A stretch of DNA of 64,000 nucleotides, taken from positions 115,842,221 through 115,906,220 of the forward strand of contig NC_092370.1 in assembly GCF_030028105.1 (NCBI RefSeq). The letters run 5' to 3'. This DNA comes from Mobula birostris. Taxonomy: Eukaryota. The position numbers and the translations under genes are program-made. Under the pieces are notes generated by a model. The model did no database searches and had not been told where the DNA came from. It saw nothing but the letters and a program-made list of their open reading frames with translations. Positions 14,329-26,680 of this stretch are shown here, in pieces (within the stretch, counting starts at the first letter, position 1; each line of letters begins with the position of its first letter).

Positions 14329-14729
14329 CTAGGATTAGAAAGATGTCACATAATTAATCAGTCAGGGTTAATGGTATTTGTAATCTCTGCTTACAACTAG
14401 ACTTTAAAAGATATCCATTGTAGATTCAATAAGTTTTACAAGGCAGATAAATATGCAGTGCTTGCTACATTACCAAGCTACAAATGCAATCATACCCAGT
14501 GTACCTTCAAAGGGAGGACATGGTCAGGACAAAAAGAGGATCTTCTTGAGAAAGATCTGGTTGAGTGATCATGGATGGATGCACTGCAAAAGCTTTGTCT
14601 TGTTTTCCCTTCCCCTCCCCTCCCCGTGGTATTAGATGTTTGAAAGTCTCAGAAAACTACAAAACATGGAATTCCTTTTCTTCACCATGAGCTCTGACCA
14701 CACATAATCATCAGCTCCAGAATTAAGAT

Positions 14730-15645
14730 TCATTCAATTTTCAAGATTGCTTAATACCGTTTCCAGTACTCAAGTGTAAAGGAGAAGAAAATACAGTAAT
14801 TGTTACTCTGGATCCAATGCAGCACAACAAAAAAAACACAATAAGGTAAAGAACATAATAATAAAAAGCACACAATAAATATAAATACATAAGATAGCTT
14901 ATATATATAGATTGATTGCATGTCCATGAAGTGATGCTAGGCATAGGAGTCTGCACATAAGATAAAGTAGTGGTGGTTGGGGGTTTGGAGGGGTGGGTTA
15001 GTGGGTTGAGGTGTTGATCAGCCTTACTGTTTTGAGCCTGGGATGAATGCGACATAGCCTCCTTTCTGATAGGAGTGGGACAAACAACCCACAAACAGGG
15101 TGGGTGGAATGCTTCCTGATGTTACTGGCCCTTTTCTGGCACCTTTCTGTAGATACATATGCCCTTGATGGCAAATGGGCTGGTGCCGGTGACGCGTTGG
15201 GTAGTTTTGACTAGCCGTTGTAGAATCTCACTGTCTGCTGCAGTTTCTGTACTATGCAGTGATACAGCATGTTGCTGTTGTTGTTGAGTGACTCATGGCA
15301 ACCCTATGGACACTGTATTTCGTGACATGGAAGTAGATCGTCAGGCCTTTCTGCTGCCTAAGTTGGAACCCGGCTGGATTCGAACTCAGGACCATCTGTC
15401 TCGGAGTCCAGTGCTGATGCCACTACACCACTGGCCGGTAACAGCATGTTAGGATGCGCTGTTGTGCATCTGTAGAATGAGGTGAGCATAGACGTGCATT
15501 GTCCAGCTCTTTTTAGACTCCTCAGAAGGTAGACGCTTTGGTGAGCTTTCCTGATTGTTCTGGGACCATAAGAAGTTGTGCGAGTTGTGCAGTCCCAGAA
15601 GTTTGAAACTACTCAGTTTCCACCGCTGTGCTGCTGATGTAAAAA
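14730..15645 (-). mobile_element. Rex/Babar-type LINE 3' fragment with a nested SINE
   Basis: SSFKLLG.H....LWSQN....K...R.L..LKR region and 3' UTR. Confidence 0.7.
15274..15440 (-). mobile_element. tRNA-derived SINE with RTE-like 3' end
   Basis: A box TGGTGTAGTGG, B box GAGTTCGAATCC, (CAA)n tail and a 10-bp duplication ACAGCATGTT (15264-15273 and 15441-15450). Confidence 0.8.
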
Positions 15646-15842
15646 AGGCCCATGAAGGTAAAAAATTACAGATCAAACTGTGCCTCATCCTAATTATTGT
15701 CAAGAGAACACCTCATCTCAGTCTAAGCCTGATGGCTAAGCAGTTTTCATTTAAAAGACAAGAGAGGAACACCAAAGCAGTTCCAAGCTGTGCTGTGTTT
15801 TACTGGGCTGACCTACACAGTTGATTCACTCATCTATGTTAC

Positions 15843-15936
15843 CTTACAATCTTGGTGTTGCTGTGACTGGAATCCATTGGTTTATTACTGCCATAGACAT
15901 CAGTGAAAATTTTCCCTCGGATAGTAATCAGTTGGC
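15843..15936 (-). CDS. PKHD1L1: Fibrocystin-L exon 6
   Basis: GQLITIRGKIFTDVYGSNKPMDSSHSNTKIVR with the conserved IFTDVYGSN. 94 nt, ctag/gtaac boundaries. Confidence 0.95.
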
Positions 15937-16159
15937 CTAGGAACCAAAGGAAATCAGAAATTGTTGGAGAGGTAAAGAGCTGGAACAATGACCTACAATT
16001 TGCAAAGTTAGAAGAATGTAATGCAGGAACTACTCTTAGAGATGTTGGTTCAAGTCTCACTCCAGAAACTTGATCACACAATCTTGGTCAATGCTCTAGT
16101 GAAATACAGAGAGAGCGCAGCACTGTCAGAAGTGCAACTTTCCTGTTAAAGTGCCGTCG

Positions 16160-17230
16160 AACATAGAACAGAACAGCACAATACAGGCCCTTCAGTCCAC
16201 AATGTTGTGCTGACCTTAGAACCTGCTCCAAAATCATTCTAGCCCTCCCCTCCCACAGTTTTTCTTTTAACCATGTACCTATCCAAGCATCTCCTATATG
16301 TCCCTAATGTATCTGCCTCTTACACCACCCCTGGAAGTGTGTTCTAGGCACTTAACACTTTAAAAAAAAACACTGACATCCTCCCTATATTTTCCTTCAA
16401 TCTCTTTAAGAAGATGTCCACTCATGTTAGCCATTGCCAGCCTTGGATAAAGATGGTGGCTGTCCACTCTGTCTATGCCTCTTATCATTTTAACATCTTA
16501 TGCATCTCTATCAAGTCTCTTCTCAACAGAGTCTTCTCTCAAGTTTTCTCTCCAAAGAGCAAAGCCCCAACTCACTCAAGCTCTCCTCATAAGACATACT
16601 CTCTAATCTAGGCAGCATCTTGGTAAACCTCTTCTGCACGCTCTCTAAAGCTTCCACATCCTTTCTATAATGAGATGACCTAAACTGAACACAGTACTCT
16701 AAGTGCGGTCTATTCAGGATTTTATAGAGCTGCAACATTATCTCGCAGCTCTTGAACTCAATGCCCTGACTAGTGAAGGCTTTCACACTGTACACCTTCT
16801 TAACCACTTGCTGTGGACTTGGACTCCAAGATCCCTCTGTCCCTCCACACTGCCAAGAATCTTGCCATTAACTTTGTACTGTGCGATCAAGTTCAGCCTT
16901 TCAAAGTGTATCACTTCACACTTTTCTGCACTGAACCTCATCTGCCACTCCTCCACCCAGCTTTGCACCCTGTCAATGTCTTGTTCCACACTACATTATC
17001 CACAACACCACCGACCTTTGTGTCACCTGCAAACTTACTAACCCAGCGTTCCACTTTCTATTTAGGTAATTTATAAAAATCACAAAGAGCAAGGGGTCAC
17101 AGAACAGATCCTTTCAGAATACATTCCATCTACTGCCACCCTCTGCTTTCTGTATGAATCAACACAGCCAAGCTTCCCTTGATCCCATAACTGCCGACTT
17201 TATGAATGAGCCTTCAAAAGGAGGATCCTT
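16160..17230 (-). mobile_element. CR1 LINE fragment
   Basis: WQMRFSAEKCEVIHF and LYKILNRPHLEYCVQF motifs with a 3' tail. Confidence 0.85.
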
Positions 17231-17630
17231 TTGGCCTCTCAAGTTGATACAAAGGACCCAGGACTGGAAATGAAAGATGGGCCAATTGTGACATGTTGAA
17301 TCAGCAAGTTGCTTTGGATAGTACATAATGGTCTTAAACAGACTGTCATGAAACAGGAACGGCACCAATATGGCAGGAGTTTGGTAAGAACTTGCAATAC
17401 ATGGAATAATGGAATTACCATGTAACTCCTAGATTTCTGAGTTTAACTATGACTGAGCAGATTCCTGAAGTTGCTGCTGGGTTTGTTCATGTTAACAATG
17501 AGCACAGAAGACATTCCAATCTCAGAGAGGCCATTTTTCATGAAAAGCACAAGGAACCGGTAATGTGAGCAGAATCTCAGGATAGGAAAGACAATAGTCA
17601 TCTCCCAGTTGGCTAAACCTGAACATGAAG

Positions 17631-18034
17631 ATTTAGAAGATTGAGGGGGATCTTATTGAAACGTATAAAATTCTAAAGGGATTGGACGGGCTAGATGCAG
17701 GAAGATTGTTCCCGATGTTGGGGAAGTCCAGAACGAGGGGTCACAGTTTGAGGATAAAGGGGAAGCCTTTTAGGATCGAGATGAGGTAAAACTTCTTCAC
17801 ACAGAGAGTGGTGAATCTGTGGAATTCTCTGCCACAGGAAACAGTTGAGGCCAGTTCATTGGCTATATTTAAGAAGGAGTTAGATATGGCCCTTGTGGCT
17901 AAAGGGATCGGGGTATGGAGAGAAGGCAGGTACAGGGTTCTGAGTTGGATGATCAGCCATGATCATACCAAATGGCGGTGCAGGCTCGAAGGGCCGAATG
18001 GCCTACTCCTGCACCTATTTTCTATGTTTCTATG
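17631..18034 (+). mobile_element. Young CR1 LINE 3' end (PKHD1L1 intron 5)
   Basis: RRLRGDLIETYKILKG...FFTQRVVNLWNSLP and a (TTTCTATG)n tail. Confidence 0.9.
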
Positions 18035-18213
18035 GGCCAATGAGATCATCAGTTTCTGTGTTTAGGGACAGGCTAGTGGCTATCTTCTCTTTAGTTCAAA
18101 CTTGGTCCTGATTAAATGCCGTTCCCATGGGAAAGTGGACATGTATGATATTGTTGTGGTAAGATTTTGCTGTCTGACTGGCTGTGAAACTAGGAATACG
18201 TTGATGCACAGAC

Positions 18214-18271
18214 CTGGCAATCCAGACATCGGTGAAATCTCCTCAATGGTTGGGGTACGGTAGTTGCGTGC
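18214..18271 (-). CDS. PKHD1L1: Fibrocystin-L exon 5
   Basis: ARNYRTPTIEEISPMSGLP+G, gcag acceptor and gtctgt donor, 58 nt. Absent from the ORF track. Confidence 0.92.
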
Positions 18272-18529
18272 CTGCGAAAGGAAACATCATAAATTAGCAA
18301 TGGTGTTGAACTTCAGCTGGAATGAGTGATTTTGCTTTTACTTCTGACACCCAGTCTTTCTTGGGACGCAATGGGGAAGGAACGGTTCCTATTACTGGTA
18401 AATGAGACCCCTTTTAAAACACTGCCCAGGCAGTGAAGGTAGAGACCTGCCCTTTATTCCTTCCACAAGAAGATGCCCAATGTCTGACCACTGAAGGTTT
18501 ACTTCCACTAAGATGGGAAAATGTTTTTC

Positions 18530-19110
18530 ATAGAATGTACATGGAACAGTACATCACTGGACAAACCATTCAGCCCACAAGATTATGCTGATTCTGATAC
18601 CAATTTATACTAAATGTTCTTTTCCTGCATGTAATCCATATCCCTCTACTCCCTGCACATTCATGTTTCTATCCAAAAGCCTCTTAGACTCCATCAAACT
18701 GCTTGTTTCCATAGCCATTCCAGGCATCTACTGCTCTTTGCTTATAAAGCTTGTCGTCAGACCGCCTTCCCTCTAACCTTAAAATTGCATCCTCTGGTGT
18801 TTGACATTTCTAACCTACGGGAAATGTTCTGACTTGTCTACCTCATCTATGCCTCTAATAACTTGAAGAAACTCTATCAGATCTCCCCCAGCCAGCCTTT
18901 GATACTTTAGGGTGAACAACCCAGGTCTGTCCGATCTTTCCTTATAGCTCATACCCTCTAATCCAGGCAGCTTGCTGGTAAACCTCTTCTGTAACCCCTC
19001 CACAGTCTCTGCAAGCTTCCCATAGTGGGGCAATCAGAACCACACTCAATACCCCACGTGCAGTCTGACTGAAGTTTTATATACAGTAGCTGCAGTGTTA
19101 TTTCCTTACC
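18530..19110 (-). mobile_element. CR1 LINE 3' fragment (old)
   Basis: QKRFTSKLPGLEGMSYKER...GDLIE motif. Confidence 0.75.
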
Positions 19111-19282
19111 CTCTCACAGAACACCCCTACCAATCGACTTTCTAAAGACAATAGTCCCAAACCATGATTCATTGTTATTAATTTGGATTCATTGTTACTG
19201 ATTAAGATCTCTGCTTCAAATTTTCCCTTCTCTTGGCTGATGTGCTGTAAGCAGTACGTGAGAGTAAAAAGTTTTCACTCAC

Positions 19283-19361
19283 ATAAAACTTTATCCATCG
19301 GTTAACAATAGGAACCCCATCCACACTCACTACAACAACATAGGTGTCATATGGAAGAGGC
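19283..19361 (-). CDS. PKHD1L1: Fibrocystin-L exon 4
   Basis: (R)PLPYDTYVVVVSVDGVPIVNRWIKFY, acag acceptor and gtgagt donor, 79 nt. Phases 2 to 0 fit both neighbours. Confidence 0.92.
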
Positions 19362-21295
19362 CTGTAACAAGGAAGAACATTCATTGAAATCGGAGTAACA
19401 GCTTCTTCAAGGATCACCAATGCAAATACTTCAAAACAAATTTTTTAAAAATATTGAAAATGTTTCAAATCAGAAACAAAGCACATTAGCCATAGAGTAC
19501 CGGAACAGTTCCTTTAGTACTGTGAGTCTGTACTGACCATCAAACACCCACTAGCACCAATCGGACACTAATCCCATTTTATTCTCCTTACATTCCCATC
19601 TAACTCCCCCAGATTCTATCTGCCACCAGAGGCAATCTAGTTGTCAATTAACCTTGCAACCCACTGTCTCAAGGAGCTGCAAGGAAAGTGGAATACTTGG
19701 AGGAAATCTACAGGGAGAATGTGCGAACTCCACAGAAACAGCACCGGAGGTCAGGGTAAACCTCACGTTGATGAAGCTGTGGGGTAGTTGCTCTACCAGC
19801 TGTGCCACTATGTCACCATAGAAATACTGAGCATACCCCTCCCCCCCATCCCCTCCCTCCATCTTATCATTAGCTTTTATAAGGTTCCAGTGAATGGGTA
19901 TCAAACTGAAATGTTAACTGGTTCTTCCTCCAGAGCTGCTGCTTGGAGAACACGCTATTTCCAGATTTGCTTTGACCACCTGGTTCCTAAATCTCCAAAT
20001 TGTGTGCCAGAGCAAATCCACCCAGGGAAAACTAATCGGAGTAAGGATCCTGCACCTCGGTGGTTTCGGACTGGCTGTAGACTGTGGCTCTGCACCTTCT
20101 CCTGCCCTGGTTAAAGGGAACTGCAGAAAGACAGAGACACATTGGCTGAATATGCTTCCTGTACTTTGTAGGGATTTAACCTGATGGAAGATGTCTGCTG
20201 AAATGGGTCGTAATTGATATTAAAATACAAGCAGGGACAAATCATACAAGACAGCATTTGTGAGGAAGGAGATGCTGAGAAGCAGTTAAACCCAGCGTGA
20301 AGTATTGAACAGATAGTTACCACCACATGCCCATGGGTAGGAATTTGATGTGACCCAGCAGTGTATGTCTGTTGGGTATAAACCTAGCAAGGTCAAAGTG
20401 CACATATCAGAGTTCACTAAGTCTTGGATACAACAATCTAAGGGAATGTGATTATCAAGATGATACCATTCTAGATAGGATAAACTCCCTCAAGGGCTCT
20501 AGCTGACAGGAAATAGAGATTGAAGGTGAATAGTTGGAGTTCCCTCAGTAAAGCAACCAACATAATCAAAGATCCAACCCAATCCCGGACATTCTGTCTT
20601 CTCCCTCCCATTGAGCAGAAGATACAAAGCCAGCAAGCATGTATCACCAGGCTCAAGGACAGCTTCAGTTCCACTGTTACATTGAATGGTCCAATATAGA
20701 ATGAGATGGACTCTTGACTTCAGAATCTACCTCCTGTGGCTTTGTACCTTATTGTCTGCCTGCACTACACTTTCTATGTAACTGTAACACTTCATTCTGC
20801 TGTCTTTTATTGCTTTTCCCCTGTACTACCTAATGTACTGTTATAACAAAATGATCTGTGTAGATAGACCAAAAGACCATCAGATATAGGAGCAGAATTA
20901 GGCCATTTGGCCCATCATCTGCTCCGTCATTTCATCATGGCTGATCCATTTTCCCTCTCAGCATCAATCTCCTGCCTTCTCCATGTCTCTTCAGGCCCTG
21001 ACTGGTCAAGAATCTATCAACCTCTGTCTTAAATATACCCAATGACTCAGCCCCCACAGCTGCCTGTTCCAACGAATTGCGCAGATTCACCACCCTCTGG
21101 CTAAAGAAACTCCATTCTAAAAGGACACCCCTCTATTCTGAGGCTGTGTCCTGTGATCTTAGACTCTCCCACCACTGGAAACATCCTCTCCACATCTATT
21201 CTATCGAGGCCTTTCAACATTCAGTAGGTTTCAATATGTTTCTGAATTCCAGTGAGTAGAGTCCCAAAGCCATCAAATGCTCTTCATATGACAAG

Positions 21296-21928
21296 CAAAC
21301 ATAGAAACATAGAAAATAGGTGCTGGAGTAGGCCATTCGGCCCTTCGAGCCTGCACCACCATTCAGTATGATCATGGCTGATCATCCAACTCAGAACCCT
21401 GTACCTGCCTTCTCTCCATACCCCCGATCCCTTTAGCCACAAGGGCCATATCTAACTCCCTCTTAAATAAAGCTAATGAACTGGCCTCAACTGTCTCCTG
21501 TGGCAGAGAATTCCACAGATTCACCACTCTCTGTGTGAAGAAGTTTTTCCTAATCTCGGTCCTAAAAGGCTTCCCCTTTATCCTCAAACTGTGACCCCTC
21601 GTTCTGGACTTCCCCAACATCGGGAACAATCTTCCTGCATCTAGCCTGTCCAATCCCTTTAGGATTTTATACATTTCAATAAGATCCCCCCTCAATCTTC
21701 TAAATTCCAATGAGTATAAGCCTAGTCGATCCAGTATTTCATCATATGAAAGTCCTGCCAACCCAGGAATCAATCTGGTGAACCTTCTTTGTACTCCCTC
21801 TATGGCAAGAATGTCTTTCCTCAGATTAGGGGACCAAAACTGCACACAATACTCCAGGTGTGGTCTCACTAAGGCCTTGTACAACTGCAGCAGTACTTCC
21901 CTGCTCCTGTACTCGAATCCTCTTGCTT
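21296..21928 (-). mobile_element. Young CR1 LINE 3' end (PKHD1L1 intron 3), nested in an older CR1 (~20869-22072)
   Basis: ORF 21372..21884 YKALVRPHLEYCVQFWSP...RRLRGDLIE...VVNLWNSLP. Same subfamily as 17631-18034. Confidence 0.92.
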
Positions 21929-22527
21929 TTTAGCCTTTTAATCCTGGAACCATTTTCGTGAACCTCCTTTGAACCCTCTCCAATGTTAGCACATCCTTTC
22001 TTAGAGCTGCTCACGATACTCCAAGCAAGGCCTCACCAGTGCTTTATAAAGCCTCAACATTACTTTCTTGCTTTTACAGCAGGCAAAACAATGTTTTTCA
22101 GTGCAGCTTCGTACATGTGACAATAATAAACCAATTTACATTTGCAATTTTAACCTGTAGCACCCTAAGTTACTGTTGAGTTTATGCCAGATGTGATAGT
22201 GCCTCGGGAAGCAGTCTCTCAGATTTCAGAGAGATTGTCTTCCCACTGGAAGAATACTTGAGACTTGGCCACAAGATCTCATCGTGAGTCTTGGCATAAG
22301 ATACTCCACTCACTATCCTGATGCAGTTTTTTGACCCAAAGTATTGACAATTGTTTTCCTCCACAGATGGTCTTTGGCAATGCACCCACCCCACCCGAGT
22401 TCCTTTGTTTGACTCTTTGTTGCTCCAGATTCCAGCATCTGCAGTCTCCTATGCCTCAATTAAACTATTTTCTTGTTCCATATTTGCAGAGTGAGTCAAG
22501 TCACTCTAATGAGTTGAAGTCAAGTAC

Positions 22528-22672
22528 CTGGTGTAACAGATAATCTGTGTTTCATGGCTGGATTCCCTCTCCACATCACAAGGGATGGACCTGGTATCCG
22601 ATACCAGCTGCACGCTGTTGCCCAACTTTTCATCTTCTGCTCCAAAGTCAAATTGATGCCCCACTGAGAACC
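22528..22672 (-). CDS. PKHD1L1: Fibrocystin-L exon 3
   Basis: GFSVGHQFDFGAEDEKLGNSVQLVSDTRSIPCDVERESSHETQIICYTR, AG/GT bounded, 145 nt. Confidence 0.95.
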
Positions 22673-22755
22673 CTGCCAAGACATCCATAGTGGATTAGAA
22701 GCAGTGAGGCGGGGGTATAAGCTAGCTCAGTGAGAAGGAAGAGACCCTTTCTTAC

Positions 22756-22842
22756 CTTGCCCTTTGATTGTCAGCCTTGTTGCTCCATTCTGGCCTCCAT
22801 GGTTAGGATAGACACTAAGAACTTTTCGAACAACTTGGGAAC
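22756..22842 (-). CDS. PKHD1L1: Fibrocystin-L exon 2 (IPT/TIG domain start)
   Basis: tgtag acceptor and gtaag donor. Encodes GSQVVRKVLSVYPNHGGQNGATRLTIKGQ, matching the recalled PKHD1L1 motif GATRLTIRG. 87 nt. Confidence 0.95.
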
Positions 22843-23261
22843 CTACAAAATAAATAAGTATGTCAATACACAGGGAAAGTTAAAAAAAAGTTAGAGAGAA
22901 GGGCAGTGATATTAGTTTATTATTGTCTCATGTACCAAAATACAGTGAAAAGCTATTGTTTGTGTACAATCCAGACAGATCTACATAAGTACATTGTTCA
23001 AAAGCAAAACAGAATGCAGAATATACAGTTGTGTTACAGTTATTGAGAAAATTAAACAGAAGTTAAACAGAGACGGACAAAATAGGAAATAAAATGGGGA
23101 GAATGATGACGAAGAGACAGAAGGGGAGAGTGAAAGTGAGAAAGAGGCAATTTATGGAGGAAGAGGGGAATTCGAAACAGAGATGAGCAGATGATAAGTT
23201 AGATAAGGTGAGGTGCGGAATTGGGAAAAGATACATGTGGAGAGAGACAGTAGTTAATAAA

Positions 23262-23785
23262 AGTTCAAAGTAAAATTTATTACCAGACTACATACATGTC
23301 ACTACATACAACTCTGAGATTCTTTTTCCTGCAGGCAAACTCAGCAAATCGATAGTAAGCAGGATCAATGAGCAAAGAAATAAATAGCAATAAATAACGA
23401 GAGCATGAAATAACAGGATAAAGTGTTCTTAAAGTGAGATCATTGGTTGTGGGAAACCAGAAATAGAATGGGTGTAGTTAACCTCTTTTGTTCAAGAGCC
23501 TGATGGTTGAAGGGTAGTAACTGTTCTTGGAGCTGGTGGTGTGAGTCCTGAGGCATCTGTACCTTCTACTTGATGGCAGCAGCTTGGCCTGGGTGGTGAG
23601 GATCTTTGATGATGGATGCTGCTTTTCTACAACAACGCTTCATGTAGACGTGCTCTATGGTTGGGAGGGTTGTACTTGTCATGCACTGGGCCGGATCCAC
23701 TACCTTTTGTAGAATTTTCCACTCAAAGGCATTGGTGTTCCCATATGAAGCCAGTCAATACACTTTCCACCTCACATCTATAGAA
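23262..23785 (-). mobile_element. Rex/Babar-type LINE 3' fragment (PKHD1L1 intron 1)
   Basis: RKAASIIKDPHHP motif on the minus strand and a (TTTGAAC)-type tail. Confidence 0.72.
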
Positions 23786-23869
23786 TACATCCTTTAATAA
23801 ACGTTTCATATTGCCTTGATAAGAGTGCAGCTTGACACTCAATAAATGTGATTTGGTTTTTTTTTGCTT

Positions 23870-24150
23870 TATTAAGATACAGCACACAATAGGCACTTCC
23901 AGCCCTTCCAGCCAAGCTGCCCAGCAATCCCCTGATTCAATCCCAGCCTAATCGTGGGACAATTTGCAGTGATCAATTAACCTACCAACCAGTACGCCTT
24001 CGGACTGTGAGAGGAAACCGGAGCACACGGAGGAAACCCATGCGGTCACAGGGAGAACGTACAAACTCCTTACGGGCAGCGGTGGGAATTGAACCTGGGT
24101 TGCCTGCACTGCAAAGCGTTGTGCTAACCACTACACTGCAGTACCACCCA
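23870..24150 (-). mobile_element. V-SINE (tRNA-derived)
   Basis: B box GGTTCAATTCC and V-domain GGAGTTTGTACGTTCTCCCTGTG...GGGTTTCCTCCG.GTGCTCCGGTTTCCTC. Related copies at ~2520-2850(-), 9040-9332(-), 11541-11722(+), 19490-19815(-), 49305-49580(+) and 60070-60395(+). Confidence 0.75.
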
Positions 24151-24202
24151 CTATGTTTTGATAACACTTACGACACAGAGACGAGTAAGATCTTGTGCTC
24201 AC

Positions 24203-24269
24203 CTGCCAACTGCCATGAGCAGAGATGGAGTGATATCAGCAGGCTCCAGGGCATGAGCCAGCCAATCAT
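24203..24269 (-). CDS. PKHD1L1: Fibrocystin-L coding exon 1 (signal peptide)
   Basis: ATG at 24269 gives MIGWLMPWSLLISLHLCSWQLA+G, a hydrophobic signal peptide, followed by a G|GTGAGC donor. 67 nt, phase 1, in frame with exon 2. Confidence 0.85.
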
Positions 24270-26680
24270 TCTGCCCCACGGTTCCCGATCTTTCAGCTTC
24301 GGAATACTGCAAGTAGAGAACGCATTAAGCACATCATTCAAGAGTCAAGCACTGTAGATTTTACCCATCTGAATATAAGCAGAACATAATTCGCTATCCT
24401 GATGCAGGGTTTTGACCCGAGGTGTTGACCGTTCCTTTTCCTTCACAGATGTGCTCGAGCTGCTGAGTCAGAGATGAGATACAGACAAGGCAAAGGCAGA
24501 GAAGAAAAATACCCTCTGCACAGTCACTGTGTGTTTTTAATCAATGAACTGTGTATTCAAGTGTCTTTAATTAATATCAAGCAATATTAAGCTGCAATTA
24601 GTGACAAAATGCATAAAACAACACCTCTTAAATGAACAAGGACTAGTGAGAAGTACAAACAGAACAAATAGAAAGATTTGGGATGGGATAGACGCTGTAA
24701 AGATGAATTAACAAAAAGAAAAATCATGTCATGTGACAGGGATTGGGAGAAGAGATAAAACAAAGGCTAAGCCCAGAGGATGAGTCAATCAAAAACACAG
24801 ATTTCTTTTTCCTGGTAGATGTTAAATTAGAAGTAACTAAAACTGAAACTGTTGAACTTGGGAAGACTTCTAATATCAAAATAAAATCAGAAAATGCTGG
24901 AAACACTCAATAGATCAGACAATACCTATGGAGAGAGAAAAATAGTGTTTCAGGTCAAAACAAAAGAAGTGATTCTTCATTTTGATTAAAGGACTTCAAC
25001 TTGAAATATTAACTCTGTTTCTCTTTTCGCAGATGCAGACCGACTTGTTGAGTATTTCTAACATGTAAAAGCTCTGAAATGCAGGTCAGAATTGTAGGGT
25101 AAATGACAAGCAAATCTGACAATCTAAATGGAACGGGTAAATCTGAGTTAATATTACAGATGGATAAAAGTCAGTCAGTCCAGATAAAAACTAAAAAAAA
25201 AAATAGGTGAGTCACCTAAAATTGTGGAAATGACTATTCAGTTTGAAGTTTGCAGCTCTCCGGACTGAATATCAGGTGCTGTTCCTTGAGTTACACTGGG
25301 TTTTCTTAAAATTGTGCAGAAAAATCCAAGTGAGCATGTGAGGAGAATTAAAGTGATAGGCATCACTTTAATTTCAGAGGAAATCAATTTTTGAATCTCC
25401 TTTGTTCCTAGCTTTGCTCCAAATTACAAGACTTAGATCTATGACTTCTTGCTCAAAAAAGGGATTAGCTTTCTGAAAACATAACTTAAGAAGTTATGCT
25501 CTTAACAAACATTGACCACAAATCTTAACTCAGTTTCTGTCTCCACAGGTGCTGAGTATCTCCAGCATTTTCCATTTCTATTTCAGAATAACAGCATCTG
25601 TGACTTTTTTTTCCACCTAGAGTTGTTTTCTTCTTTTTCAATCTAAAGTAAACCAGTGAGGAATAATGTTAAATGGTGACCTGGTCAGTCCTTTCAGGTA
25701 ATTATAAAAAGACCTCAATAGAATTATTTTGAAGAAGAGCAGGTTTTTTCTCTCTAGAGTTCTGTGCCCAACATTTATCCCTGAACCAAAATAAAAAAAC
25801 TGAATGGGTCCAAGTAGGAGCTTGCTGGCATAAATCGAAGGATAAACTTTGTCCTTTACTCTCTTTTCCAAAAGTACTGACTTGATTGAACAAATTTTGA
25901 AGCTTCCATACTTTGTAAATATAATATTTCTTTATATTAATTGTATATCCATATAATACAGATTTGCTTCATATTTACGATCACACTTAATTTCTTCTAC
26001 CTTCAAGCTTATTATAGATCTTTTCTTTTGTTCTTACCTCCCCCTTTCCCCGTGTTCGCACCTGCATAAAACACGTTCTGTAAAATTTTTCACTGCTCTG
26101 TTGAATAATCCCTGAGCTATTCCTCTCTGTACAGATGCTGTCAGACCTGTGAGCATGGTCCAGCAATCTCTGTTTATAATATGGTCTTGAGTTGTCACAC
26201 AATAGATTCAGCTAATTCACTTCTGGATTACAAGTACAGACATGTTTGGAGTTGAGGACAATAAAAACTATGCAAATTATATCCAGGAATACAGCTACTC
26301 ATTACAGTAGTTCTTGCTGGTTATAACATTATATCAATAGCTAGCATGTTTAGACCTGATTCACTTCCTGTAATTAATACAAATTGCCGTTTATGATGGT
26401 TTTCCTATTCTCAGCTGCTATTGGTGCTTGTTACAAGAAAGAATAACTGGAGGAATGAAGAAATGAAACTGGATATCTGCTTCCACACCTTCAGACTCGA
26501 CATAAGATTACAACATCAACAACTGACAATAATATCCCATCACAATGAAATTGCTCAAAAGTGTATTTTTTGGGAATATCCCCAAATTAAATGTGGAAGA
26601 ACCCCAGCTACTGGGTGAATTTCATCCATATTGATCAGTCAACATCAATAAAAAGTTATACTGTTGTCATCTCATTACTA

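Noticed and set aside
24395-24465. Hammerhead-like sequence just upstream of PKHD1L1 exon 1 (also ~22315)
   Set aside because: The cores are mutated (CTGATGC, no GAAA). These are old Penelope-derived relics.
26591-26680. N-terminal 30 aa of the 244-aa ORF
   Set aside because: Flanking host DNA upstream of the LINE truncation point (the duplication ends at 26680), in frame by chance.
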